Source: a bacterium
Lineage (GTDB): Bacteria; Zhuqueibacterota; Zhuqueibacteria; Oceanimicrobiales; Oceanimicrobiaceae
DNA: 40,909 nt
Reading direction: 5' to 3'
Assembly: GCA_046757165.1 (NCBI GenBank)
Contig: JBHHXT010000025.1
Location: 1-40,909 of the forward strand
Shown: positions 18,498 to 28,152 of the stretch, piece by piece
Layout of the letters: each line of letters starts with the position of its first letter
Numbering within the stretch: the first letter of the stretch is position 1
Translations under genes and position numbers: made by a program
The notes under the pieces: generated by a model
Database searches by the model: none
Seen by the model: the letters and a program-made list of their open reading frames with translations, nothing else
What the model was told of the DNA's origin: nothing

Positions 18498-20330
18498 TTA
18501 GCGCATTCTGCCCCGGTAATCGTACTTGACACGACGCTTTTTAACCTTTGTCTGTTTTTTCCCCTGCTTCAGTTCTTCCAGCGTCTTAATCTTATAAGGG
18601 ATAAGCTTCTCCTGCATAATAGACAGGAGGTTAAAGAGCGCATAATACAGGTTCAACCCGGATGGGAACGAATTGAACAGGAGCGTCAAGAAAATGGGCA
18701 TGAAATAAACCAGGGCCTTCTGCTTTTGATCGGTGATGGTCATTTTCTGCTGAATAAACATCGTAATGCCCATGAATAGTGGCAGTATGTTCACCGTGTC
18801 GCCGTACAACGGGATGGTGAATGGCAAAGTCGCCACCGAATCCGGCCGCGACAAATCCGTGATCCACCAGATGAACCCGGCGCCGCGCAGCTCGATCGTG
18901 GACCGGAATACGTTGAACATGGCATAGAGCAATGGCATCTGCAACACCATGGGAATGCACCCTCCCAGTGGATTGACCCCGTACTCCCGGTACATCTCCA
19001 TGACCGCCTGCTGCTTTTTTTGTGGGTCATCCTTGTACTTCTCGTTGAGATCGTCCATGAGCGGCTTCAGAGCTTGCATCTGCTTCATCGACTGATAGCT
19101 CTTCCGGGTCAGCGGAAAAAGCACGACTTTGATGAGAATTGAGAAGAGAATGATGACAAAGCCGTAGTTGGGGATGACCGTATGCAGCAGCGTGAAGCTC
19201 CACAACACGAACTTGCCAAACGGTCTGAAGATCGCCCAGCCCAGGTCCATCATGTCTTCCAGGCCGACATTGTAGCTCTTCAAGATATCGTAGTCGAGAG
19301 GCCCCAAATAGACAACAAAATGGTCGACCTTCTTTCTCTGCGGCACGAACGGCATCTCGAGGTCATATGAATATTTCTTCAACGGCACCTCCTGCTGCAC
19401 GTTCACCGGAGTTCCGCCAAAGCGCACCGACTCGCCTTTTGAGGATTTCGGGATAACCACACTGGCAAAGTACTTCGTACGGATGCCAACCCAGTCCGTC
19501 GAGGTGTCGAAAAGCTCTGACTTCGCTTCATCCTTCATATCAAAATCATCCACCTCGCCCTGATAGGCGTAACCCTTTGCCCTTTGCATATCCTTCTCGA
19601 AATCTTGTTCTGTCGATTTCATGCCCGTGCGCCAGGTCAGGTAATAGGAAATCCCATCGAGTGCCCTGTGGAGATTGGAGATCTCCACCTTCAGGTCGAA
19701 CGAGTAGTATCCCTGATAGAACGTGTATACTTTCTTGATCTGACGCCCGCCTCCCAGGTCCAGCACGAACTCGAGGCTTTTCACCTCGCCTTCCTTGTTC
19801 AGAACAATCTCCCTCTTATCGAACTTGAAAACGCTGAGGCCCGTATCATCTGTCGTCTTATCGCCAGGAGAGGGCAGTCCGAGGCCGGGAAGCACGAGTC
19901 CCAGATTGCCGGTGCTATCTTGCGCGCCGAGATCGAAGAGTTGAACGGACGCGCTGTCCAGACCTTGATATTTTTTGAGCCGCCAGGATTTGAGGGTCGC
20001 CCCCCGGCTCGAGAAAACGGCTTGATACAGGTCGGTCTCAACCGTGATGTCCTCCCCTTCAGCCAGCAGAGAGTCTAAAGACAGATTCACGGCTGTTTGC
20101 GCGCCCAGCAGGCTCGTTTGCGTATCAGCTTCTGGACTTCCAGTTTCCGTCTTCTGACCGAGTTCCTTGTCCTGAGCGTAACCCGACTCCTGTGGTTCTT
20201 TTCCTTGTCGACCAACGGTTTGCGGAGCCGGCTGTGGCAGGAAGTGTTTTTGGTAGAACTCCGTGTTCATCAGAAAAAAGATCAGGCCTATCAGCAAAAC
20301 CGCTATGATTGTCTTTTTGTCAATCTCCAT
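18498..20330 (-). CDS. yidC: Membrane protein insertase YidC
   Basis: N-terminal TM, large periplasmic domain, NYGFVII, NPLGGCIP, GFIWWITDLS, FPSGLNLYY. Confidence 0.96.
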   Translation of the reverse strand: MEIDKKTIIAVLLIGLIFFLMNTEFYQKHFLPQPAPQTVGRQGKEPQESGYAQDKELGQKTETGSPEADTQTSLLGAQTAVNLSLDSLLAEGEDITVETDLYQAVFSSRGATLKSWRLKKYQGLDSASVQLFDLGAQDSTGNLGLVLPGLGLPSPGDKTTDDTGLSVFKFDKREIVLNKEGEVKSLEFVLDLGGGRQIKKVYTFYQGYYSFDLKVEISNLHRALDGISYYLTWRTGMKSTEQDFEKDMQRAKGYAYQGEVDDFDMKDEAKSELFDTSTDWVGIRTKYFASVVIPKSSKGESVRFGGTPVNVQQEVPLKKYSYDLEMPFVPQRKKVDHFVVYLGPLDYDILKSYNVGLEDMMDLGWAIFRPFGKFVLWSFTLLHTVIPNYGFVIILFSILIKVVLFPLTRKSYQSMKQMQALKPLMDDLNEKYKDDPQKKQQAVMEMYREYGVNPLGGCIPMVLQMPLLYAMFNVFRSTIELRGAGFIWWITDLSRPDSVATLPFTIPLYGDTVNILPLFMGITMFIQQKMTITDQKQKALVYFMPIFLTLLFNSFPSGLNLYYALFNLLSIMQEKLIPYKIKTLEELKQGKKQTKVKKRRVKYDYRGRMR

Positions 20331-20364
20331 CGTCTTTCAGCTTTCAATATGATTCGAGTGAATG

Positions 20365-20574
20365 TTATGGTAGTGGGTCATGACCTCCAGGATGACAAGG
20401 ATGACATTTGGACAGGCGAACGAGCCCCTTCCAAACACCCTTCAAAAAGCCATATTTTTTCAACGCCTGGAGCGTATAGTCTGAGCAAGTCGGGGTAAAG
20501 CGACAAACGGACGGAAGCAGAGGAGATATGAATAGCTGATAGAATCGTACCAGAGCAATCCCAATAAACTTCAT
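20365..20574 (-). CDS. yidD: Membrane protein insertion efficiency factor YidD
   Basis: [26 protein letters not shown]; between rnpA and yidC. Confidence 0.93.
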   Translation of the reverse strand: MKFIGIALVRFYQLFISPLLPSVCRFTPTCSDYTLQALKKYGFLKGVWKGLVRLSKCHPCHPGGHDPLP

Positions 20575-20921
20575 CTAAGATTCAAAGCTCGTACTTTTTT
20601 GACAAGCCGCACAAACTCGTCGTTGAGGTGTTTGAAGCGTTGGCGCTCGACGCCAGGCTTAGCGAGCAAAATGAACCGTTTATCCTCAGGAAGCAGGTCC
20701 TGGTTGAGTTTCAAAATCTCCCGCAGTCTCCTCTTCGCATAGTTTCGTTTTACAGCACCACCCATTCGCCTCGAAACCGCAAAGCCGTATTTCAAACTGT
20801 CGTTGTCGGTGACAAACAGCACAAAATGCGCAGATGAGACTCGTCTCCCCTGGCTGAAAATCTCGTTGAACTCATCGGAGCGCTTAATGATTCTGCCTCT
20901 ATCTAATCGCTCTCGCTTCAC
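20571..20921 (-). CDS. rnpA: Ribonuclease P protein component
   Basis: [26 protein letters not shown] motif; synteny with rpmH. Confidence 0.93.
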   Translation of the reverse strand: MKRERLDRGRIIKRSDEFNEIFSQGRRVSSAHFVLFVTDNDSLKYGFAVSRRMGGAVKRNYAKRRLREILKLNQDLLPEDKRFILLAKPGVERQRFKHLNDEFVRLVKKVRALNLR

Positions 20922-20935
20922 CGAAAAGGGAACCG

Positions 20936-21079
20936 TCAGCGATCGCTCACCGTCAAGCTCTTTCGTCCCCTGGCCCGCCTGTTCTTGAGAACGGCCTGTC
21001 CTGATTTGGAGCTCATTCTCGTTCTAAACCCGTGTTTATTCAACTTCTTGCGATTGCTTGGCTGGAATGTCCTCTTCAT
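20936..21079 (-). CDS. rpmH: 50S ribosomal protein L34
   Basis: [22 protein letters not shown]...[12 protein letters not shown] at 21079. Confidence 0.97.
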   Translation of the reverse strand: MKRTFQPSNRKKLNKHGFRTRMSSKSGQAVLKNRRARGRKSLTVSDR

Positions 21080-21126
21080 GTTCCTCTCGCTCGGGATGTT
21101 TTCTTTCCGTTCATAAAAAACCTCCA

Positions 21127-21155
21127 AACGTATGAAAACTTCGGATAAAAGTCAA
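21127..21155 (-). promoter_or_regulatory. Putative sigma70 promoter for the rpmH operon
   Basis: Minus strand TTGACT-N17-TACGTT. Confidence 0.5.
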
Positions 21156-21218
21156 GGCAATTCTAACCGCCCCCCCCTGAAACGGCAAACACAACTCCGC
21201 CTTGAAAGATGTATTGTC

Positions 21219-21247
21219 TTGACATTCATTGCGCAAATATCTATTAT
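21219..21247 (+). promoter_or_regulatory. Putative sigma70 promoter for anmK
   Basis: TTGACA-N17-TATTAT, near consensus. Confidence 0.7.
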
Positions 21248-21319
21248 AGACGTGTGTGCTGCCTGCTAAGCTATTCATTCGAGCGGTTCTTGCAGGCACT
21301 CAAACCGAGTCGTGCAACC

Positions 21320-22504
21320 ATGCAAACCTTACTGACGCTTCTGCATAAATCTGAAAAACTTGCCATCGGCCTGATCTCCGGCACCTCCCTGGATGGCGTA
21401 GACGCCGCCCTGGTCACACTCGAGAATCATGGGCTCGAGACAGAGATCGAGCTGTTACATTTTCTCACCTTTCCCTATCCGGACGGTCTGCGAGAGAAAG
21501 TCATGGACTGCTCGAGTCCGGGCTCGGGCACGGTGGATGAAATCTGCCGGCTCAACTTTGTTCTGGCAGAGGTCTTTGCTGACGCTGCCCTGGCCGTGCT
21601 TCAGGCCGCCAACGTCGCGCCTGGGGACGTCGACTTCATTGGCTCCCACGGCCAAACAGTGCACCACTTGCCCAACGAGCATACCAGCTTTGGTTACCCT
21701 ATCCGCTCAACCTTGCAGCTGGCCGAACCTTCAGTCATCGCCAAGCGCACAGGCATTCTAACGGTGGCGGATTTCAGGCCGGCGGATATGGCCCTCGGAG
21801 GGCAGGGCGCGCCACTCGTGCCCCTTTTTGACTTCATAGTCTTCCGCTCCCCTCAAAAAAACCGTGCCCTCGTCAACATTGGGGGAATCGCGAATTTGAC
21901 CATCTTGAAGACAAATGGTACGCTTGAAGATCTCCTGGCCTATGACGCCGGTCCTGGAAATATGGTCGTGGATTATCTGATGCAAGCGTTCTTTGGCCGC
22001 CCTTATGACGCTGACGGTAAGACGGCTCTGCAGGGAGAGGTTTCTGTCCTTCTCATGGATTGGGCTCTCGAGCATCCCTATTTCAAACTCATGCCTCCGA
22101 AAGCAACTGGACGGGAAACCTTTGGAGCAGCATTCGCAGACCGGTTTCGCCGGCAGGGAGAAAAGCTGAAACTTGGCGCCGAAAGCATCATCACCACAGC
22201 GGCGGAACTCACCGCCCGCACGATCTGGCAGAGCTACCAGAACGACGTCGCACCGGAAACCCGTCTCGATGAGTTTGTCGTGAGCGGGGGCGGTGCAAAG
22301 AATCAATATATTATGGACCGGCTCGGCAAGCTCGCCGGCGACATAAATGTTTATTCTATCGACAAGCTGGGCATTCCGTCTGATGCCAAGGAAGCCATCT
22401 GTTTCGCGGTGTTGGCAAACGAAACGCTGTCTGGCAACCCGGGAAACGTGCCTGGGGCCACGGGCGCACGGGCAGCCACTGTCCTCGGCAAAATATGCCT
22501 TTGA
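21320..22504 (+). CDS. anmK: Anhydro-N-acetylmuramic acid kinase
   Basis: GLISGTSLDGVD, IGSHGQTVHH, DFRPADMALGGQGAPLVP, NIGGIAN, GGGAKN, KEAICFA. Confidence 0.93.
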   Translation: MQTLLTLLHKSEKLAIGLISGTSLDGVDAALVTLENHGLETEIELLHFLTFPYPDGLREKVMDCSSPGSGTVDEICRLNFVLAEVFADAALAVLQAANVAPGDVDFIGSHGQTVHHLPNEHTSFGYPIRSTLQLAEPSVIAKRTGILTVADFRPADMALGGQGAPLVPLFDFIVFRSPQKNRALVNIGGIANLTILKTNGTLEDLLAYDAGPGNMVVDYLMQAFFGRPYDADGKTALQGEVSVLLMDWALEHPYFKLMPPKATGRETFGAAFADRFRRQGEKLKLGAESIITTAAELTARTIWQSYQNDVAPETRLDEFVVSGGGAKNQYIMDRLGKLAGDINVYSIDKLGIPSDAKEAICFAVLANETLSGNPGNVPGATGARAATVLGKICL

Positions 22505-22545
22505 CTGAAAAAGATGCAGGTGTTTTCCTGAAAAGGAGTTTCACA

Positions 22546-23793
22546 ATGGTCAAAGCAGTTTGTATTTTCGAAGATAAGGAGGCGTCTCAGCTCACCCCGC
22601 TTTCCTTGACCCGCCCGGTTTACGATCTGCGCTGTGGCTTCACGACACTCAAAGAAAAAATTGTGCGGCAGTTTCCTCTATCGACCATTAGCTTGCACTG
22701 CCGGGATTATTTGCAGGAGGTGGTCCGGGAGCAGAATCCGGGAGTCGAGGTGAATGAGATCGATGCAGATGAGTGCCTCTTTATCAATGGCCGCATACTC
22801 GTCGATTCCGACTTCGTCAACAAGCTCGATGCCGAGCGCGAACGGCTCTATGTCGACCGGGGCACGGTTGTCGCTGCTCTACTCAGAGGGCCGACTCTCC
22901 GAAACCTCACGCTTGACAATCCGCTCCCTTTCGACCGCCTGCTGCACTCCATCGAAACATCAACGGTAGAAACGAAACTCATCGCCTATCCGTGGCATCT
23001 CGTTCACAACAATGCCGCGGAGATTTGCCACGATTTTGCGACCCTCGACAAGGGAGGCGAGCGGCACGGCAAAATCTACACGGGAGCTGTGCTGCTCAAT
23101 GAAGAACAAATCTTCCTGGGGACAAACTCCACAATAAAACCCGGTGTCGTCCTCGATGCCGAGTCCGGCCCTATCTACGTCGGCAACAGTGTCGCCATCA
23201 TGTCGAATGCGGTTATCCAGGGCCCGGCATTTATTGGCGACAATTCACTGATCAAAGCTGGAGCCAAGATCTACGCCGGCACCTCGATTGGCGAAGTGTG
23301 CAAGGTCGGTGGTGAGGTGGAAGAATCCATCATCCACTCTTATGCCAACAAACAACACGACGGCTTCCTGGGGCACGCCTATCTCGGACAATGGGTCAAC
23401 ATCGGCGCGGATACCAACAACAGCGATTTGAAAAACAACTACGGCTCCGTGAGAGTCTACATCAACGGGGACATGGTCGACAGCGGCTCGACTTTCGTTG
23501 GTTTGTTCCTCGGCGACCATTCCAAAACCGGCATCAACACCATGGTCAATACCGGCACGGTAGTCGGAGTCATGAGCAATCTTTTCGGTTCAGACTTTCC
23601 GCCAAAATTTATCCCCTCCTTTTCATGGGGAGGCAAGGACCGTCTGGTCGAACACAACCTCGAACGGGCTCTTGCCACGGCAGCTCGTGTGATGTTGCGT
23701 AGAAACGTCGAGATATCGACGGCTTATGAGGCGTTGTTCAGACATCTTTTCGAGCTGACTGCTCAGGAGCGCGGGGACGTGCTGGCGGGTTAG
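22546..23793 (+). CDS. GlmU-family putative sugar nucleotidyltransferase/acyltransferase (FCB type)
   Basis: PLSLTRPVYDLRCG N-domain, left-handed beta-helix hexapeptide repeats, KVGGEVEES, NKQHDGFLGH; AGGAG RBS before ATG 22546. Confidence 0.8.
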   Translation: MVKAVCIFEDKEASQLTPLSLTRPVYDLRCGFTTLKEKIVRQFPLSTISLHCRDYLQEVVREQNPGVEVNEIDADECLFINGRILVDSDFVNKLDAERERLYVDRGTVVAALLRGPTLRNLTLDNPLPFDRLLHSIETSTVETKLIAYPWHLVHNNAAEICHDFATLDKGGERHGKIYTGAVLLNEEQIFLGTNSTIKPGVVLDAESGPIYVGNSVAIMSNAVIQGPAFIGDNSLIKAGAKIYAGTSIGEVCKVGGEVEESIIHSYANKQHDGFLGHAYLGQWVNIGADTNNSDLKNNYGSVRVYINGDMVDSGSTFVGLFLGDHSKTGINTMVNTGTVVGVMSNLFGSDFPPKFIPSFSWGGKDRLVEHNLERALATAARVMLRRNVEISTAYEALFRHLFELTAQERGDVLAG

Positions 23794-23918
23794 TGGATGG
23801 GGGCACCGTTGAGTAAGATGCGGGGCCCGCCGTAAGGCATCGTAACCGTAAGCCTCCGCGGCCAGAATCGCCATTGTCGAGATGACGCGGGTAACTATGT
23901 GATTGACCGAAAAAGAAC

Positions 23919-23947
23919 TTGACTAAAGAGTTGTGTTGAATTATATT
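23919..23947 (+). promoter_or_regulatory. Putative sigma70 promoter
   Basis: TTGACT-N17-TATATT, 37 nt upstream of the cNMP gene start. Confidence 0.65.
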
Positions 23948-23984
23948 AAAGCACTTTTCCGTAGCAGCAACGCTCAGAATCAAC

Positions 23985-24563
23985 ATGTCATCGAACAACA
24001 AGCCATCAAAAAAAACCTCGCTGTTTGATTTTCACGTTGGCGACGCTATCTGGGGGAACATTTTCAAAAAAGAGGGCAGCAAGAAACAAACTGCGCTTGC
24101 CATCCTGAAAAACGTGCCCCTTTTCAAAGGCATGCGCTCCTCCGAGCTGAACGAGCTGGAGAAGCTCATCCACCGTCGGCGGTACCGCGCCGACGAGACC
24201 ATTTTTTTCGAGGGGGAGCCCGGTGTCGGGATGTACATCGTGCAGGAGGGCACCATCGCCATCTACAAGAACAAATCAGAGACGGAACGCGAAGAACTGG
24301 TCGAGCTCGGCCGTGGTGAGTTCTTTGGCGAGCTGGCGCTACTGGACGAATCGCCACGCTCCGCCACCGCTGTTGCGCTGGAAGAATCGAAGATTCTGGG
24401 CCTGTTCCGTCCGGATTTGCTGGAATTGATCGAACGCAAACCGCGATTGGGCAACAAGCTTTTGTTCGAGTTGGCGCATTTGATCGGAGAGCGGCTCAAA
24501 CATACCAACGAAGAGTTGCAATCTGTTTGGGCAAAGCTGGACGATTCAAAGCTGATCACGTAG
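23985..24563 (+). CDS. Stand-alone cyclic-nucleotide-binding domain protein
   Basis: IFFEGEPG, MYIVQEG, FFGELALLDESPRSATAVA phosphate-binding cassette; no HTH. Confidence 0.88.
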   Translation: MSSNNKPSKKTSLFDFHVGDAIWGNIFKKEGSKKQTALAILKNVPLFKGMRSSELNELEKLIHRRRYRADETIFFEGEPGVGMYIVQEGTIAIYKNKSETEREELVELGRGEFFGELALLDESPRSATAVALEESKILGLFRPDLLELIERKPRLGNKLLFELAHLIGERLKHTNEELQSVWAKLDDSKLIT

Positions 24564-24574
24564 TGCGCAATCCC

Positions 24575-25642
24575 ATGAACCAACCCACACAACTCCTCAC
24601 CCTGCGACTACAACCGAAAACCGTCCGTACAATTGCTTTGTGGAGCGCTTTCGGCCTCATTGTCTTTTGGATCCTTAGCCTTTTGCCCGCCCTGCGATCG
24701 GTCTTCTCGATCATCATTTTCGCTCTCTTTCTGGCGTCTATCCTCGACCCGGTCGTCAATTTTCTGGAAAATCGCGGCATCAATCGCATGCTGGCTTCCA
24801 TTTTGGTTTTCGCACTCATCCTTTTCCTGGGGGTGGTCGGATTCAAATTTCTGGCGCCGATCGTCTCAGAGGAAATACAGCAGATGAGCACGGGACTCCA
24901 GGACCGCTCCGCTGGCGATGTCATGCAAAAGATGCAAGACAGGCTCGGCGACGACATCCCGTTGCTTTCCAATCCCATGGTGCAGAAAGAGCTGCGGATG
25001 AAAGTGGACGCCATGCTGAAAAAGAGCTTCACTATCGTGGTCGACCTCCTGTCGGCAGTTGTATCCATCATCATGCTCGCCTTTATCACCTTCTTTTTCC
25101 TGAAAGACGGACGCCGGATGAAGAAGAAAATCGTCAGCTGGGTGCCCAACCGCTATTTTGAAATGGCCCTTATTATCCTGCACAAGATCAGTACCCAGCT
25201 CGGCAGGTACATCCGCGGGCAGTTGCTGGTCGCGCTTATCGTCGGTTCGCTCAGCATACTCGCCCTGTCCTTGCTGCACATTCGCTACGCCTTTTTTATC
25301 GGCGCCCTGGCAGGCCTGGCGAACATGATCCCGTACTTCGGTCCTATCGTCGGTGCTGTGCCAGCTTTGGTCATTGCACTCATCGATACCGGCTCATTGG
25401 GTGCGGTGGTGACGGTGGTCGTGGCGTTTGCAAGCATCCAACTCTTCGAAAATGTCTTTGTGTCGCCGTTTGTTGTCTCCAAGAGTGTAGAACTCCATCC
25501 GCTCACCATCATCATCGTCATTCTCATCGGAGCTCAGCTCATGGGCGTTTTTGGCATGCTGCTCGCCGTGCCAACCGCCAGCATCATCAAGGTCACGGCG
25601 CGTGAGCTTGCCTGGGGCTTCAAGCACTACCGGATCCTCTGA
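24575..25642 (+). CDS. AI-2E (UPF0118/PerM) family transporter
   Basis: Multiple TMs; LDPVVNFLE, FFFLKDG, YIRGQ, NMIPYFGP, LHPL, GMLLAVP; alternative GTG start at 24563. Confidence 0.88.
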   Translation: MNQPTQLLTLRLQPKTVRTIALWSAFGLIVFWILSLLPALRSVFSIIIFALFLASILDPVVNFLENRGINRMLASILVFALILFLGVVGFKFLAPIVSEEIQQMSTGLQDRSAGDVMQKMQDRLGDDIPLLSNPMVQKELRMKVDAMLKKSFTIVVDLLSAVVSIIMLAFITFFFLKDGRRMKKKIVSWVPNRYFEMALIILHKISTQLGRYIRGQLLVALIVGSLSILALSLLHIRYAFFIGALAGLANMIPYFGPIVGAVPALVIALIDTGSLGAVVTVVVAFASIQLFENVFVSPFVVSKSVELHPLTIIIVILIGAQLMGVFGMLLAVPTASIIKVTARELAWGFKHYRIL

Positions 25643-25650
25643 ACAATCCA

Positions 25651-27087
25651 TCACTCCAGGCCAAGCTCTTTTCGCACTCCCTGAATATACTCGAGCTGAT
25701 TTCGCCCCCCGGGCTTGCGCTTCTCATGCCTTTCAAAATCTTGCAGCAATGCGATGAGTCTCTCGCGGCCATCCTCATCCTTTGCCGCCTGCCTCGGAGT
25801 GAGACTGCCCAGCGCGGGAATTCTTTCATCAAGCCATCGCATCCAATGGGCTTCAAGTATCTCATCGACCGCTTCACCCATCTGCGCACTCTCTTCAGTC
25901 GCGAGGTCTTCTTCTGGGATGTCAGCCGTTTCCTCCAGCAATGACTCGAGCGGCACTTCCTCCGTAGCTTGATGCGTCACCCGTTCCCCTAGCCGCTTTT
26001 CAATCTCTTTACGAAGGCTTGTCGCGCGACTCCTGGAATTGACAGAAGCACGCAGCTCTGTGCCTTCGATGGTAATATGACCCAGGGTTTCACCCAACGT
26101 CAATTCAGACCGACCTTTTCTCAACCAGCAGAACTCGACTTTTTTCAGATTTCCGGCCTGGTCGAATTCGGCACCTTGCAGCAGCTCGTCTTCGGGACGA
26201 TCCAACGCAAGCGCTTTGAGTTGTTCGAAAGCAATTTCGGGCGCAGTGATCTCGAAAAACAGGTTATGCCAGCAAATCGGGTCGCCATCTGTGTTGCACA
26301 TTTGGGGCGGTGTGTGCATTTCATCATAGATGTCAAAATAAAGATCGCGGATTTCAAGACTCCATTCATCAAGAGCCTCTTCGGTCAGACCGTCCTCCAC
26401 CGAACGCATTAACACCCGCAGATCAACAATTGCAGGTTTGTACCGCGGAGGAATCAAAACCGGTCCGCACCCCACCATCAATCCTAAGTGGTCATACTGT
26501 ATGACTTTCGCAAAAAGAATGTCCCCCCGTCGGGCACTTTCTGAGGCGGAACATTCTGCCACCTCGACATCAACACCTAGCAGAATGTCTCTCAGGGTAA
26601 ATCCGGTCCCGGGTTGGCACGTGAGAACTTCATGAAAACTGAACTCTTTTGCGCAGGACAACTCGATGAACCGTCGTTCCATTTCCGATAGTCGCCAACG
26701 GTGTCTTTCCAAATAGGATTTGGCGATGGGTGACGATCTGGGATCATGGTGGTGGGACACACCTTCATCCTCTTGCTCCCACTCTTCCGGCTCCCAATTG
26801 AACAAAAACCAGGGGAAAAACGCCTCGTTCTGAGGAGAATCGACATCAAAAACCTGGTCTTCCCGGTAGGTCGCAAACTCCAGCCATGCTTCAACTATTC
26901 CTTCCACTCTCCACTCCTTTTGAAAGTGATTGAAAAGTTGAGCTACGATTCTCTCATCAACCTCTCTGAGTTGACGCCTCAAAAGCTCTGATGCAGCTGG
27001 CGTCTCTTTGTTGAGACAACATGCTTTATATTTCTTGCCGCTGCCACAAGGACAACGTGCATTTCTTGAAACACGCTTCTCTGACAT
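25651..27087 (-). CDS. SEC-C zinc-motif protein with C-terminal Xre/MbcA/ParS (DUF2384)-like domain
   Basis: SRNARCPCGSGKKYKACC at the N-terminus; WLDERIPALGSLTPRQAA at the C-terminus; AGGAGG RBS before ATG 27087. Confidence 0.78.
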   Translation of the reverse strand: MSEKRVSRNARCPCGSGKKYKACCLNKETPAASELLRRQLREVDERIVAQLFNHFQKEWRVEGIVEAWLEFATYREDQVFDVDSPQNEAFFPWFLFNWEPEEWEQEDEGVSHHHDPRSSPIAKSYLERHRWRLSEMERRFIELSCAKEFSFHEVLTCQPGTGFTLRDILLGVDVEVAECSASESARRGDILFAKVIQYDHLGLMVGCGPVLIPPRYKPAIVDLRVLMRSVEDGLTEEALDEWSLEIRDLYFDIYDEMHTPPQMCNTDGDPICWHNLFFEITAPEIAFEQLKALALDRPEDELLQGAEFDQAGNLKKVEFCWLRKGRSELTLGETLGHITIEGTELRASVNSRSRATSLRKEIEKRLGERVTHQATEEVPLESLLEETADIPEEDLATEESAQMGEAVDEILEAHWMRWLDERIPALGSLTPRQAAKDEDGRERLIALLQDFERHEKRKPGGRNQLEYIQGVRKELGLE

Positions 27088-27124
27088 AGGCACCCTCCTC
27101 TCTCGCTGGAGCAGCGAACACAGA

Positions 27125-28141
27125 TCAAAGCGGCTGACCGGCCGACAGCTTCTCATACACTTCGCCAATCACATCCCACACCCGGGCCGGATTCTCGCTG
27201 CGATTGTATGACATGTAAGCATTGCCGTAATAGCTCCATGCCGCAAAATTCCGCACGCCCTCGGCGTAAGCGACGGAAATCGCTTGCTTCAGCTCGCCCT
27301 CACGGCCGGAAATGATCTTGTACGCCTGAATCCAAATCTGCGCTTCTTTGTCAAATTGGCGGCACAGCCCCACGACCTCGCGCGAAAACTCCCGCACAAA
27401 TGGCTCGACCTCCTGGTTGAAAAACATCCAGTACGGATCCGTGCCAAAAATGTCGACGCTGTCGATGGCCGCCACCCTCGACCAATCGGAAAGGCCGATG
27501 CCGGCATCCTTGAACGGCAGCAGACAGACGGCATTTCTCATCCCTTTCGCCCGCGTGGCGTCGCACAGCTCGGTCAGAAACTCCACCACACATGCCTCGC
27601 GGAACTGCTTAATTTCCTCGTGCGACGCCTTCTCAATCGCACCCGAAAAGCTCTGCTGGAATTTGGCCTGGCAGCAATCACAACGGCAGTACCACAGATC
27701 GAATCTGTCCTTTTCTTGCAGATTGATAAAAAAATGCGGCTCGTCCCAAAACAGTACCTGAGCGCCCATTTCAGCACCGTCTGCGATCCAGGCCAGCATG
27801 AACTGGCGAAACCTTGGATGGTTGAAGCAGACTGCCGGCGCCGGCTTGCCGTCCGGCAAGATCTGCAGCGTATCGAGGTTCCTGAGCGCAAAACCGCTGT
27901 AGGTTTCACCGCCAAAGACGCGTCCCACGCCCCAGGGATCCAGGTAGCACTCCAGACCGGCCTCTTCCGAAAGCGCGACCAATTCGGTCACGGCCTCCTT
28001 GTAAAATTGCTGATCGTTCTCTGAAAAGGTGTGGACAACATAGGTGCAGGAGTGGCGCAGAATCTCCTCCAGGTCCCGTTTGAAATGGTCCGGGTTGCGG
28101 TTGCCAAAGTAGCTGATGCCGGTTTTGACTCGCTGCTCCAT
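27125..28141 (-). CDS. Cytoplasmic glycoside-hydrolase-like TIM-barrel protein
   Basis: 338 aa; FWDEPH, CRCDCC metal-binding insert, GTDPYW, WIQAY; no signal peptide. Confidence 0.6.
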   Translation of the reverse strand: MEQRVKTGISYFGNRNPDHFKRDLEEILRHSCTYVVHTFSENDQQFYKEAVTELVALSEEAGLECYLDPWGVGRVFGGETYSGFALRNLDTLQILPDGKPAPAVCFNHPRFRQFMLAWIADGAEMGAQVLFWDEPHFFINLQEKDRFDLWYCRCDCCQAKFQQSFSGAIEKASHEEIKQFREACVVEFLTELCDATRAKGMRNAVCLLPFKDAGIGLSDWSRVAAIDSVDIFGTDPYWMFFNQEVEPFVREFSREVVGLCRQFDKEAQIWIQAYKIISGREGELKQAISVAYAEGVRNFAAWSYYGNAYMSYNRSENPARVWDVIGEVYEKLSAGQPL

Positions 28142-28152
28142 GTTAAGCGGGC

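Noticed and set aside
21209..21319. anmK N-terminal extension
   Set aside because: Overlaps the predicted promoter; ATG 21320 fits AnmK length
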